The notes: a model not told the origin generated them from the sequence alone. A stretch of 64,000 nt of DNA from Promethearchaeota archaeon (GCA_029838195.1 JALGVJ010000001.1:160001-224000), one strand, 5' to 3'; counted from the stretch's first letter, positions 41,393 through 51,921 are shown. Numbers and translations: made by a program.

Positions 41393-42052
41393 TTATTTTA
41401 GCACTAAAGTATTTGCATGGTTACAAATTTCGATTAATGGGCATTCCTCACAATGCGGATTTTTAGGAGTACACATGAGTGCTGCAAAATCTAAAAGTGC
41501 TAAATTAAACTCCTTATAGTGTTCTTTAGGTATTAAATGTTCCATGAATTCATTAAGTTTTTTATCCCGAGAAGGTGCTTTTTTTACGGGAAATGAAAAC
41601 ACTCTTTTTATCACGCGTCCCACGTTTGCATCGATAATGGGCACCGGTTCATGAAATGCAAAACAACGGAGGGCATTCGCTATGTATTCTCCAACGCCAG
41701 GCAACTTCATTAGTTCTTTTTTCGTCTTCGGGATCGTTCCTCCTTGTTCTAAAATAAACTTGACCGTTTTTAATAAGTCTCTCGCACGCCTATTGAATAA
41801 TCCTAAGGGCTGTAGGATGTTGGCTAATTGTTCTTGGCTCAATCGATGGAGGCTTTCCAGATCCGGATATTTCTTGATGAATTCAGGAAAGATTTTTTCC
41901 ACTTGATTGGCATTCGTTTTTTGTAACATCAATTCGGCAATTAAAAATTGAAAAGGCGTGAGCTGGTTCTCCCTCCAATAGAAACTACGCTTGTTTTCCT
42001 CGAACCATTGCAGGAGTAAATTAATGAAAAGCTCCTTCTTTTTCTGCTCCAT
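41393..42052 (-). CDS. HhH-GPD [4Fe-4S] DNA glycosylase, MIG-type T:G mismatch glycosylase
   Basis: R.F.WR, AELMLQKT, LGL...RA, LPGVGEY, IDANV, FNLALLDF, C-x6-C-x2-C-x5-C; no MutY C-terminal domain; adjacent to dcm. Confidence 0.8.
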   Translation of the reverse strand: MEQKKKELFINLLLQWFEENKRSFYWRENQLTPFQFLIAELMLQKTNANQVEKIFPEFIKKYPDLESLHRLSQEQLANILQPLGLFNRRARDLLKTVKFILEQGGTIPKTKKELMKLPGVGEYIANALRCFAFHEPVPIIDANVGRVIKRVFSFPVKKAPSRDKKLNEFMEHLIPKEHYKEFNLALLDFAALMCTPKNPHCEECPLIEICNHANTLVLK

Positions 42053-42080
42053 TAAGAATTTTCCCTCTCATGTTAAATAT

Positions 42081-42992
42081 TCATGAATTTACCACTAAAA
42101 TTTCATTAATTTCGCCTCTTTTCGTCCCATCACTATTTATAGCACGCTTTGCTTTTAAAATAATGATTTTATAGTCCTCATATAGCTTTAAAATGAAATC
42201 AGTATAGGAATTGCTTAACATGAGCTTGCAACCCCTCTCATCTAACCTCTCAAAAACTTTCTTAAGCTTGAGCTGATCTTCTATACCAAAATCATGCCTT
42301 GTATAACTCGTAAAATTAGCCGATTCCGAAATGGGAGCATAGGGAGGATCAAAATATACGAAATCATCCTTCTTTGCCAATTCTAAACATGTTTCAAAAC
42401 TCCCGTGAATAAGCTCGACATTCCTTAAAGCCTCATAAACCGCCCATAAATTCTTCTCATCGCAATAATTTGGATTTTTATATCGTCCAAAAGGAACGTT
42501 AAATTCTCCCTTACGATTCACCCGATATAATCCATTATAACAGGTTCTATTAAGAAAAATCGTTCTTGACGCCCGTTCCACCGGGGATAACGCCTTGAAG
42601 GCCTCCGGATTCCGATCCAAATTTCGAATCATGTAGTAATAATCCCGCTCGTTTTTATGCTTTTTCAAGGAACGGATTAATTCCTTCACGTTCTCTTGAA
42701 TTACTTGATATACATTAATTAACTCTTCATTAATATCAATTAAGATCGCCTTTATGGGCATGAGATAAAAAAATATTGCACCCCCGCCCAAAAACGGTTC
42801 TATATACCTGTTAAACTTTCTTGGAAAATATGGTGCCATCTGAGAAATGATTTGCCTCTTACCGCCCGCCCATTTCAAAAAAGGTCTCGGCACATCTACT
42901 ATTCTCTTTTCCCTTTCATTCTTTCTCCGAATCATGTTCTTTACATGATCAATATCCGCTTCCATAAACCGCAATAATGAATTATCAAACAT
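42081..42992 (-). CDS. dam: Dam-family (D12) DNA adenine methyltransferase
   Basis: FLKWAGGK, EPFLGGG, YNGLYRVNRKGEFNVPFG, DPPY, LSNS. Confidence 0.92.
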   Translation of the reverse strand: MFDNSLLRFMEADIDHVKNMIRRKNEREKRIVDVPRPFLKWAGGKRQIISQMAPYFPRKFNRYIEPFLGGGAIFFYLMPIKAILIDINEELINVYQVIQENVKELIRSLKKHKNERDYYYMIRNLDRNPEAFKALSPVERASRTIFLNRTCYNGLYRVNRKGEFNVPFGRYKNPNYCDEKNLWAVYEALRNVELIHGSFETCLELAKKDDFVYFDPPYAPISESANFTSYTRHDFGIEDQLKLKKVFERLDERGCKLMLSNSYTDFILKLYEDYKIIILKAKRAINSDGTKRGEINEILVVNS

Positions 42993-43378
42993 CTTGCTGA
43001 ACTCACGCTTTCAAAATTCTATTTCAAAACGTGAATACGTTTTTTAAAGCATATTTTTTTTTAACTCAATAAAAGATCGTTCTTACCTTAATAATTCTAT
43101 GAATTTAATCCTTAAAATTCTTTTATTAAACTCAAAATAAGAGATAGCTATAAAATAAACTTTAAAAAAGCTCAAAAAAAAAATGCGAGTTAATTCATGA
43201 TTTTTTATGATCCATGAATCATCATTGGCTTTATTTCATCAAGAATTGCTAAATCGGCCCTTTTTTCCTCTTTCTAAGTTTTAATTCATTAATATTTTCT
43301 TTTTCCTAAAAGTTCATGAGAAATAATTTTACTCTTTTCAATGACGTGTTAAAAAAAGGAAAAAAAAAAAAATCGTAA

Positions 43379-44740
43379 TTACAAAATTTCTTCTTTTGAT
43401 AACTCCCTTAATCTCTCCTTGAATATTCTTTCTGTTTCCTCCATCTCCGGAATAACATTCTTCAGCACGGATATCCAGAAAAGAGGAATTAATATCCAGA
43501 AAAAAATTGAAATCATCATTCCATATACCAGCCCAAATGCATCTGCTACTAAAGAGCCAATCAGAGGACCAATAGCCCGCCCAATTATGTCAAAAAAATT
43601 AGAGGTCGCAAGCACTGTACCTCTATGTTCCGGTAAATTGATGTCAACCACGGTGGCGTACCAAGAGCCATTCACAGCTCCATTCACGAAGAGTCCTATC
43701 ATAAAAAATAAGATCATGATCACTGCACCTGGTATTAGAAAGAGATCTCCAAAACTAGCATTGTCTTGAAGCTCAAAAGGAATAATTAGAGCAATAAAAA
43801 CAAACGGAATGGGCACGAGATTTCCCATCAGAGCTAATAAGACCCGGGCTCTTTTTTTCCCTTTTTTAAATAAATTATCGCCTATAAATCCAAAAATGAC
43901 CGTGCCGATTAATGAGCTAAGAATCACGAAAAACAAGATAATTAGAGAGATTCCTTCGGGAACGTTGTGGTATTCTGACATGTAATAAAAGAGAAGGAAT
44001 GTGATGATGCCTGTAGGAATGGTATCCACGAAATTGACTACGAGCCAAAAATTGCATTTTTTCTTGAATATCATTTTTAAATCGGAGATTCTAATGCGAT
44101 AGGTGTAATCAATCACTTCTTTATCCAATAGATAAGAAAAATCTTTACCGATGCGTGAGGGTTCTTTAAAAAAAAGCAAGATTAAAACAGCATTGAATAA
44201 ACCGGCTAAACCAATAATGAAATAGGACAATCTCCAGTCGATGGGTCCCATTATAGTGGCAATTAATAAGCCGATGATCATTCCAAGAAGAGAAGCTATT
44301 GAAAAAAAGGAGTATCCTTTCGAGCGGTCTTGTTGTTTCACGAGATCTCCGATGAGAGAAAAGATGGAGGGAATAATGGCTCCATAACCCACGCCCACTC
44401 CGCTAGCTAAGAAAAAAAATAAAATGTATCCTACAAAATCGGGGGAAATGAGCATGATAAACATGGAAAAGATGGAATAGAGTAAAGTTCCAGAGACCAA
44501 GATCCACTTGCGAACAACTTTATCAGCGAGATAGCCGAAAATTGCAAGGGAGATGGCAGCAACAAGGGTGAAGGTGAATGTTAGCAAGCCCAGTTGAGCA
44601 GTTTGTCCTTGGAAACCAAAATAATAAGACATTCGTTCTAGATTGGGAGAAATCAAGCTTTGCGTGGAACTAATTAAAGAAACAATGACAACGAAGAGCG
44701 ATAAGGAGAGAAGGGAGGAATCTTTTGTTGTGGATGTCAT
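43379..44740 (-). CDS. MFS transporter
   Basis: FGYLADKVVRK motif A, ~12 TM, KEP.R, LPEHRG. Confidence 0.9.
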   Translation of the reverse strand: MTSTTKDSSLLSLSLFVVIVSLISSTQSLISPNLERMSYYFGFQGQTAQLGLLTFTFTLVAAISLAIFGYLADKVVRKWILVSGTLLYSIFSMFIMLISPDFVGYILFFFLASGVGVGYGAIIPSIFSLIGDLVKQQDRSKGYSFFSIASLLGMIIGLLIATIMGPIDWRLSYFIIGLAGLFNAVLILLFFKEPSRIGKDFSYLLDKEVIDYTYRIRISDLKMIFKKKCNFWLVVNFVDTIPTGIITFLLFYYMSEYHNVPEGISLIILFFVILSSLIGTVIFGFIGDNLFKKGKKRARVLLALMGNLVPIPFVFIALIIPFELQDNASFGDLFLIPGAVIMILFFMIGLFVNGAVNGSWYATVVDINLPEHRGTVLATSNFFDIIGRAIGPLIGSLVADAFGLVYGMMISIFFWILIPLFWISVLKNVIPEMEETERIFKERLRELSKEEIL

Positions 44741-44878
44741 GGAATCACGTTTTTTAAAAATAATTTGCGAGTTTTATTATTAAGAGATGGGGTAAGAAAA
44801 ATTTTATTTATTAATTTTTATATAGAGTTTAGATTAAATATTTTTTATACTAAAAATTAACCATCGAGTATGTGAAAA

Positions 44879-46102
44879 ATGAGTAAAGATATAAAAAATT
44901 TGATCGATAAGGTCGAGGAAGAAACTAATACGAGGATTGAATTGGAGAAAAAAATCGAAGCATTAAATGAGGAGATCGTGCGGTTAAAAAGCATCATAGA
45001 GGAGCAGAATGCGTTGATCGAGCAGCAAGATAAAATGAGCTCGAATATTCCTCCCGATGTAGCAGTACTAAAGGATATGGTTATGAAAAAGAGACAAGAA
45101 TTAGAAGAAAAAGATAAAGAAATTGAAGAGCTTCAAAATGAGCTCCTTACTTTAAAGGAAAAAGGAGCCTCTACAGCGGTATCGGTGAATTCTAAATCGT
45201 TTTCTGAGGAATTAGAAAATGCCAAGCAATTAATTCTTCAATTAACGGAGGAGAATAAGATGTACAAGCTAAATGAAGAGCAATCACAGAAAATTATCAA
45301 GAATTTAATGGATAAAAATGAAGAATACAAGAAAGAGATAGAACTCTTGAAAGCTAAATCTGAAATTCCTGCTCCTGTTCCTACTCCCACTTCCGAGTCG
45401 GAAGAAGTAAAACGATTGAAAGCAGAAAATGCGGATTATAAAAATCAAATTAGTTCTCTCAAGGAACGAATTGAATTACTTGAAACTTCAATCACAAGTT
45501 CCACGGGCGGAGTAGAAGAAGAGTTGAGGCACCAGATTGATAACTTGCGGGAAGAAAATTCAAAATTGAAAAAAGAAATTTTCCTCTTAAAGAAACGATT
45601 AGAAAAGGTGAAAGCTCTTTCAGAAAAACCGGAAGTGATCTCACGCGAACCCATTAAAAAAGAATATGAAGAATTCATTGTAGAATCAGCGCAAGAAAGG
45701 GTCGAAGAAGTGGAAGAGATTACCGTAAAACCCTCAGAAATCTTAGCTAAACAAAGAGCAATGGGGAAAGTTAGTGAGGAAATAGAGCCAATTAAGGAAG
45801 AATCCATGGAATTAATGGCTCGTTCTGAAGAAATGAAAGAAATTTCAACTCCTGCTTCCCCTACAGAGATCGGTCCTGAAATTGAATCAAAATCCATTCC
45901 TTCCTTAGAAACTTCCAAAGAAATATTAGTAGTTTCAGAAATAGAGGGCCATCGCAAATGTCCTAAATGCGGAAATACTAATCGAAATAAGATCCATGAA
46001 GAATTAGACAAATCTAATATCATAATGGCTTATCCTAGAATGTACGGAAAGAAATATCGTTGCGGAGACTGTGGTTGCGAATGGAAGATCCGACAAGAAT
46101 AA
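44879..46102 (+). CDS. Long coiled-coil protein with C-terminal zinc ribbon
   Basis: Heptad-rich E/K N-terminus, Pro/Glu linker, CPKCG-x29-CGDCG. Confidence 0.8.
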   Translation: MSKDIKNLIDKVEEETNTRIELEKKIEALNEEIVRLKSIIEEQNALIEQQDKMSSNIPPDVAVLKDMVMKKRQELEEKDKEIEELQNELLTLKEKGASTAVSVNSKSFSEELENAKQLILQLTEENKMYKLNEEQSQKIIKNLMDKNEEYKKEIELLKAKSEIPAPVPTPTSESEEVKRLKAENADYKNQISSLKERIELLETSITSSTGGVEEELRHQIDNLREENSKLKKEIFLLKKRLEKVKALSEKPEVISREPIKKEYEEFIVESAQERVEEVEEITVKPSEILAKQRAMGKVSEEIEPIKEESMELMARSEEMKEISTPASPTEIGPEIESKSIPSLETSKEILVVSEIEGHRKCPKCGNTNRNKIHEELDKSNIIMAYPRMYGKKYRCGDCGCEWKIRQE

Positions 46103-46301
46103 CCTTTTAGAAAAAAAATGAAAAAACATTTCCATTTTTTGAACCCAATTCGCTATTTTAATTTAATCCTTGAATAGTAAATTTTTACTAATTTTCTTTC
46201 TTGGATTTCTCCCAAGAATTCAATTTATTTTAAATTGTCAAAATAACCTTGAGTTAAAAAATATATTAAAAAAAAGCAAATGTTTAGGCATTAATTTTGC
46301 T

Positions 46302-46799
46302 CTATTCTCGAAGTGAGCGAGTACTTTTTATTTTTTTATTATTGTTTATTAGCTCTTCTAACCTGTTTACGTGGTTTAGCATGGTTTGGTAAAATTCATC
46401 CAAGAGATCTCGTAGACGGTTTTTGATGATGGGAAGGTCCATAATATCATATACATATAAATATCCTCGCTTACCACCAGCATGTTGCATTTTTTTGATA
46501 GTGTTAAATTTTTTAAGTGAAATTCGTGTTCTCTTTATTAAATCCAAGGATAATAATGTTTTCAGCGTTTTTTGAATGGTGCTTCGATCTTTTCCTAGTT
46601 GCCGTTCTAATTCAAGAGTACTGACATGATCGTGTCTTAATATATAACAAAAAATTTCAGTCTCTAATGGATTTAACCCTAATATGCATTTAAAAAGTTC
46701 GTGTTCTTGTGAACATTTTATTGAGGAAGAAGACTTGTCATCATTATTTCCTGCTTTTAAGCCGTTTAACCTTGCCAATTGCTTGTTAATGATTTCCAT
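46302..46799 (-). CDS. Winged-HTH transcriptional regulator (TrmB/MarR-like)
   Basis: KCILGLNPLETEIF...LGKDRSTIQKTLKTL...GYLYVY. Confidence 0.85.
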   Translation of the reverse strand: MEIINKQLARLNGLKAGNNDDKSSSSIKCSQEHELFKCILGLNPLETEIFCYILRHDHVSTLELERQLGKDRSTIQKTLKTLLSLDLIKRTRISLKKFNTIKKMQHAGGKRGYLYVYDIMDLPIIKNRLRDLLDEFYQTMLNHVNRLEELINNNKKIKSTRSLRE

Positions 46800-46851
46800 A
46801 ATTCTAAAACCATTTAATTTTAGAGCCTTGTATACAAATTAATGGCTTGGT

Positions 46852-47262
46852 TCAAGAATCACCGGATTTGAGTTTCATTAGAATATTTTTCATCATGTCA
46901 TAATTCATGGCTCCCACAGCTTTATGGATGACATTTCCATTCTTTATAAAGAGCGTCGTGGGAATTCCCGTAATGCCGTAATAAGCGGCTAATCGTTGCT
47001 GCTCGTCCACGTTTATTTTCGTGAATATAAACTCCTCTTGATATTCTTGATGGAGTTTTTCAAAAACGGGCGCAAATATGCGACATGGAGCACACCACGT
47101 TGCCCAAAAATCGATAATGATGATTTTATCCTTGTATTTATTCAGTAGTTCTCTAAATTGCTCTTCTGCTTGGATGTTAATGATCTCTTTAGGCATAGCT
47201 TGCTGCACCATTAATTTTTTCATTTTTTCTATTCTTATTCGTTCTAATTCATCGTCTGACAT
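46852..47262 (-). CDS. trxA: Thioredoxin
   Basis: DFWATWCAPC, KINVDE, GIPT. Confidence 0.95.
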   Translation of the reverse strand: MSDDELERIRIEKMKKLMVQQAMPKEIINIQAEEQFRELLNKYKDKIIIIDFWATWCAPCRIFAPVFEKLHQEYQEEFIFTKINVDEQQRLAAYYGITGIPTTLFIKNGNVIHKAVGAMNYDMMKNILMKLKSGDS

Positions 47263-47452
47263 TTTTAAAAGGAATGATTTTTTTTTTCACAACTTAAGAA
47301 TTAAAGAAAAAGATCCTTAAAAAGGTTTTTTCCCATGAAATATAAAATTATTAAAAAAGACAAAAATAAAATTTAATTGCGAAAAAAAGACTTAAAAGAT
47401 TAAGTCACTATGTAAAGGGTATATCAACAATAAATCATTCTCAATACCTACT

Positions 47453-48205
47453 ATGAAAATTCATTCCTTATTCATCTTGGATGCCGGAGGCTGTTGCTTT
47501 TATAGCAGGAATTTTACGAATGATTTTAATTTAAATGTTAATTTAATCACGCCGTTTTTTTCCGCCATCATTACCTTTGCAGAAAATGTCATTGCAAGAA
47601 AAATGGAAATTCTGGAAATGGGAGACTTGCGATTTGTATTTAAAAAAAGAAACAAGTTCATTTTTGCAATATTGGCGGATTCTACCGTTAGTATTCTTTT
47701 CATCCACTCGCGATTAGACCGGGTCATGAATGTTTTTTTTGATTTATATTATAAGCCGGAGTACCTTGATTCTTGTAGAGAAATCGAAGATCCGGAACTC
47801 GACAAGATGATTGATTCAATAATCAAGGGAGAAGAAGAAATTCTCAAAAATAAAGAATTTTATCAAAAAGTAATTGATTTATTTAAGGAGCAAATTTCCA
47901 AGAATGAGATAATTGGGGCGTGTTTATTAACCACAAAGGGAAATATCATCTACTCCTCCCTACCAAATCAAATATTGCTTGATTCCCTACATGAATTGGA
48001 AATTCGATTCATGACGGGAGTGGAATCTCTGCCAGAGTTATTCTATCAATTAGAAAATGGACAAAAAGTGTTTTCAAAAATCATTCATGTTGATAAGGAA
48101 GATATCGATTTTTTAATCGTACTTTTATTTGAAACATCCGTCCCTCTCGGAATGGCAGAATTGAACCTCATGAAGGTGGGAAAAATGATAAAAAATCTCG
48201 TCTAA
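47453..48205 (+). CDS. Longin + roadblock two-domain protein
   Basis: IHSLFILDAGGCCFYSRNF...LITPFFSAIITFAE (longin); IIGACLLTTKGNIIYSSLP...PLGMA (roadblock). Confidence 0.75.
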   Translation: MKIHSLFILDAGGCCFYSRNFTNDFNLNVNLITPFFSAIITFAENVIARKMEILEMGDLRFVFKKRNKFIFAILADSTVSILFIHSRLDRVMNVFFDLYYKPEYLDSCREIEDPELDKMIDSIIKGEEEILKNKEFYQKVIDLFKEQISKNEIIGACLLTTKGNIIYSSLPNQILLDSLHELEIRFMTGVESLPELFYQLENGQKVFSKIIHVDKEDIDFLIVLLFETSVPLGMAELNLMKVGKMIKNLV

Positions 48206-48335
48206 TTCTTTTTTTCCAATTAGCTAAATTTTTATAAAATCATGAACCCATGCGAAATATTTTTAACATACGACTCAAATTTAAGCTTAAGAAATTACTA
48301 TTACAAAAGGAGTTAAAAAACTTACCCTTTCTCAC

Positions 48336-49610
48336 GTGTTCATCATGTATGATGTCGCTATTATAGGTGCGGGTGTAGCGGGGTCGTCATTTGCATTAAA
48401 AATCGTGAACCATGCGAAAACGGTATTAATTGAAGAGCAAGATTTTGATAAAAACATCCCCATTAGAACGAATATATTTGCGGAGCATAATCGACCCTAT
48501 CTTAAAGAAGTGGATTGGAATGATAAAAACATTTTTCCCATTCCTCACTTGCGCTCCAACTACATGGCAGATACCGCTAATGGCGTGATTGATTCTACTA
48601 AATTTGGAATCCCATTAGGAAATATTTGCTATACGGATCGCCTCATCGAATTTTTAATTACTCAATTTAAGGATAAAGGAGGAGAAACCAAATTTGGCGT
48701 GAAAGTGAAAAGAGTAAATCGAAAAGGAGATCATATTGAACTCACATGTGATAACGGAGAAGTCATTTCAACTAAATTTTTAGCAATTGCTACTGGCTCG
48801 CATGATTTCAATTTACAAAAATCTCTTGGTTTTGGTGTTCCCGATCAATACATGGGAATTTGCGTTCACTTACACGGGGAGGAGGCTCAATTGAATGAAA
48901 ACTTGAAGTGGCAGTACGTGTTTCATTTAAATCCTAAAATTAGCACGAATGGTCCATTTTTTATCAATAAAGGCGTCGAAAGAGCATTCGTGGGCTTTCT
49001 TGGAAAAATGCACGATTCTCCTTCGGATTTAAAGGATAAATTAGAGAGAATCTTGCAAAACTATAAGCGAATCCAACCATGCATTAAAAATCTAAAAAAA
49101 GGCTCAGATGTAACTATTGGAAAAATCTCTAAGCATCCCATTAAAGAATTTTCGGGCGATAGAATGTTGATTCTTGGAGAAGCCGCAGGACTGGTAACAT
49201 CTTTTTTTTATGAGGGGATCTTGTGTGGTTTAGTGAGTGCTCAGGTTGGAGCAGATACCATAATTCCCTTGTTAGAAAAAGAAAGCTCTTTTTCAAAGCA
49301 TGAATTGAGAGTTTACGATTCGGAAATCCATCGAATTTTGCTAAAGAATTATTTCAGAAATGGAAATGCGTGTGAATATCTATTTTATACCGATGCCTCC
49401 TACGTGAGGTCCTTGTGGAATCACTATTGTGAGTTAATTGCTACCGATATCACTTCTCAACGCTACATTTATGAAGCGTATATTAATCAAGACCTCGCTA
49501 ATCATGATATCAATAAAGATCGATACGTGGGAGAAAAGCTCTTTGCTAAATTACCTGCCTTGTCCAAAATCACCCTTTCTCCTCGTTTCTTAAGAGCCAT
49601 GATGATTTAA
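48336..49610 (+). CDS. FAD-dependent oxidoreductase, geranylgeranyl-reductase-like
   Basis: DVAIIGAGVAG, ATG, LILGEAAG.V..FFYEGI; likely start ATG 48345. Confidence 0.8.
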   Translation: MFIMYDVAIIGAGVAGSSFALKIVNHAKTVLIEEQDFDKNIPIRTNIFAEHNRPYLKEVDWNDKNIFPIPHLRSNYMADTANGVIDSTKFGIPLGNICYTDRLIEFLITQFKDKGGETKFGVKVKRVNRKGDHIELTCDNGEVISTKFLAIATGSHDFNLQKSLGFGVPDQYMGICVHLHGEEAQLNENLKWQYVFHLNPKISTNGPFFINKGVERAFVGFLGKMHDSPSDLKDKLERILQNYKRIQPCIKNLKKGSDVTIGKISKHPIKEFSGDRMLILGEAAGLVTSFFYEGILCGLVSAQVGADTIIPLLEKESSFSKHELRVYDSEIHRILLKNYFRNGNACEYLFYTDASYVRSLWNHYCELIATDITSQRYIYEAYINQDLANHDINKDRYVGEKLFAKLPALSKITLSPRFLRAMMI

Positions 49611-49843
49611 ACGAAAATAAATGAGCCTTTCTGTCCATAGAAAAAAGGAAATCTTCTGGGGAGGTATTTTTCAAAAACTTTTTTTTATGAGGAGTGTCTA
49701 CCATCATTTCCGCCTTAATTTCATGGGACGTTCGTGTTAGTAGAACAAAAAAAGTGTATTTTAAGGAAATATTTATAAGATTTCTTAGATCTTAAATTCA
49801 TATTTAACGTGACGATGGGTCATTCTTATATTAGGAGGATATC

Positions 49844-50341
49844 ATGTTCTCACAAAAAGCAATTTTATGTAAGTTGGGGGGATACGTGAATGCTAATCCC
49901 GAGATCGTTAGTTCCTTTCCACCATTAGAAGAATCGGAAAAAGATTATCAGGAATTATTACAAAAATGTTTTCCAATAGGGTCAAAACCAGGGACCTTTG
50001 CCATTAATAAATATAAAAAGGATAATTTACTTTCTTTCATTTTTAAAATCAAGAAAGAAGATGGAAGGGATGATTTATTATCTTTTTCTATCCTGATTGA
50101 CAAAAAACTCGAGGCGGAATATTATAAACCCATAGTCGAAGAAATTATTACCTCATTAAATAATGCCGGTATTTTAAACGAAGATACTCTAATTAAATAT
50201 CACCAAGAAATATATGAATCCATCAATCAAGAAAAAGATTTAAAAATAGAATCCCTCTCCATCCCCTTATCAAAACTTTTTAAAACTATCAACGCGAAAA
50301 TTAAAAAAGAAAAACCACAGCTCAAGGGGAGTTTTTTTTAA
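49844..50341 (+). CDS. Stand-alone uDENN/longin-like protein
   Basis: PEIVSSFPP...ELLQKCFPIG resembles uDENN P-x-I-x3-FP...CFP-x-G; GRDDLLSFSILI. Confidence 0.6.
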   Translation: MFSQKAILCKLGGYVNANPEIVSSFPPLEESEKDYQELLQKCFPIGSKPGTFAINKYKKDNLLSFIFKIKKEDGRDDLLSFSILIDKKLEAEYYKPIVEEIITSLNNAGILNEDTLIKYHQEIYESINQEKDLKIESLSIPLSKLFKTINAKIKKEKPQLKGSFF

Positions 50342-50995
50342 ATGGAAACTGAAGCATTATATATTGCGTTCAAAACGATAGCTAATATTTCTTCGATAAT
50401 TGTTGTACCTATCATGACGAGCATTATTGGACGAAGGTTATGGAACGAATATAAGAATTTTAAAAAAATTAATGTTATAAGGTTGTTAACCTTTTGTATT
50501 TTTCTCTCGTTCTCATGGACCAATCTCTGGGAATTTTTATATGAAACCAGTCCTCTCGCACCGCTATTACCTAGTTATGTTAATTCTCCTAATGCTGTTC
50601 AAGATATCACGTTATATTCCATAGGAATAGGATTCATGGTTACTTTTGCTCTAACATTAACCATTTATGCAAACAAGTTGGAAGCATTTTATCTCGCTCC
50701 GCTTTCCTTTTATCTAGGGATCTTGATATATTATATAGCAACCGGCAATGTGAATTTTCATGCATATTATGTTTACGGTTGTGCAATAGTTGGTTTAATC
50801 TTTTTTTATGTAACGGGATTTCGCCTAAAAGATGATGGGCCTTTAGGTTTAGGAATTCTTTTTACCATTACCTATATTTCTTTAATTTTTTCTGATACAT
50901 TAATCGGAGAGATTTTCTTTTTAGCCTCATTAATATTTGGAGCGTTTTTTAGTTTAGGTTATTTTAATGTTTTTAAAAGCGTGGAGGAAAATTAA
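50342..50995 (+). CDS. 7-TM membrane protein, paralog A
   Basis: Seven hydrophobic segments by eye; ATG directly follows upstream TAA. Confidence 0.75.
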   Translation: METEALYIAFKTIANISSIIVVPIMTSIIGRRLWNEYKNFKKINVIRLLTFCIFLSFSWTNLWEFLYETSPLAPLLPSYVNSPNAVQDITLYSIGIGFMVTFALTLTIYANKLEAFYLAPLSFYLGILIYYIATGNVNFHAYYVYGCAIVGLIFFYVTGFRLKDDGPLGLGILFTITYISLIFSDTLIGEIFFLASLIFGAFFSLGYFNVFKSVEEN

Positions 50996-50996
50996 A

Positions 50997-51656
50997 ATGA
51001 TTCTCATTATAATAATGGCAATATTCAATGTCATGTTTATAGGAATTATTTCAATAATTATTTTCAATGAAATCAAAAAATGGAAAAGCATTCACAATCA
51101 AATTCTCTTATTTATAATTTGTTATTTAATTATTGTTATCGTTCACGCAGTCTGGCAAACATTTTATGAAATTTTCAATTTTCAAGAAATCTTTAAATTA
51201 ATTGACAATTTAACTGTTTTTAATTTCTTTTATTTGCTTTTACTCTTGTTCGCCACAGAAATTGTCTTATATATAAACGGTTGGAAAATGTTATATTCAA
51301 TTCCTCTTATCGCGTGCTTTTTTATCGCTTATGGCATGATCATGAATGAAAGTGTGATTGTAATAGATTATTATTTAGGAATAGTGGTGAGTAATGCGAT
51401 AATTTTGGTTTTAATCTACGAGGGCTATAAAAATGAAAGTGGAACAGTATTTAGCACCGGTATTTTCATGTTCCTTTTTGGACTGGGATTTTATCCCAAT
51501 TTTCTCTTTCCCGGTATATTAATTAAATTTTTAGGAAGCATGGTATTATTATTCGGATCTTTTGGCCTTTTTGAGCGAATGATTTTTATTGACGAAGAAA
51601 GAGAGCAAAAGATAAAGAACACGTGGATTGCGAAAATTGTAGACTTAAAGGAATAA
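50997..51656 (+). CDS. 7-TM membrane protein, paralog B
   Basis: Seven hydrophobic segments; ATG 50997 one base after upstream stop, with GGAGG at 50983-50987. Confidence 0.75.
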   Translation: MILIIIMAIFNVMFIGIISIIIFNEIKKWKSIHNQILLFIICYLIIVIVHAVWQTFYEIFNFQEIFKLIDNLTVFNFFYLLLLLFATEIVLYINGWKMLYSIPLIACFFIAYGMIMNESVIVIDYYLGIVVSNAIILVLIYEGYKNESGTVFSTGIFMFLFGLGFYPNFLFPGILIKFLGSMVLLFGSFGLFERMIFIDEEREQKIKNTWIAKIVDLKE

Positions 51657-51869
51657 AAATTTCAATATTTAAATCGTTTGTTAAGTTAAGTTAAGCATAT
51701 CAATTCTATTTTTTATTATGATTCAGTTTTAAATTCTAATAAAAGGTTTTTCTAATTATATAGCTTTTTTCTCGAAAACAAAATGGTATTAATCTTTACA
51801 CGTGAGGATAGAACAAAAATTCCTCAACTTGTTAATATATTTATCTCTTTAGTCTTTATATTTTTTAAC

Positions 51870-51894
51870 AAGATCTAATCTTCGATTAGATCTT
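51870..51894. promoter_or_regulatory. Inverted repeat AAGATCTAATC-ttc-GATTAGATCTT upstream of Arf-like gene
   Basis: Perfect 11-bp arms, each containing GATC; ends 27 bp before ATG 51922. Confidence 0.4.
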
Positions 51895-51921
51895 TTTTAA
51901 ACACTCTCCTATAGGATTATT

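Noticed and set aside
41393-42052. MutY or endonuclease III call
   Set aside because: No MutY C-terminal domain, Tyr rather than the Nth Lys after the HhH, and adjacency to dcm favour MIG
50342-51656. Rhodopsins or true GPCRs
   Set aside because: No recognisable rhodopsin helix C/G motifs or GPCR DRY/NPxxY; paralog B has a Lys near TM7 but not in a DxxxK context
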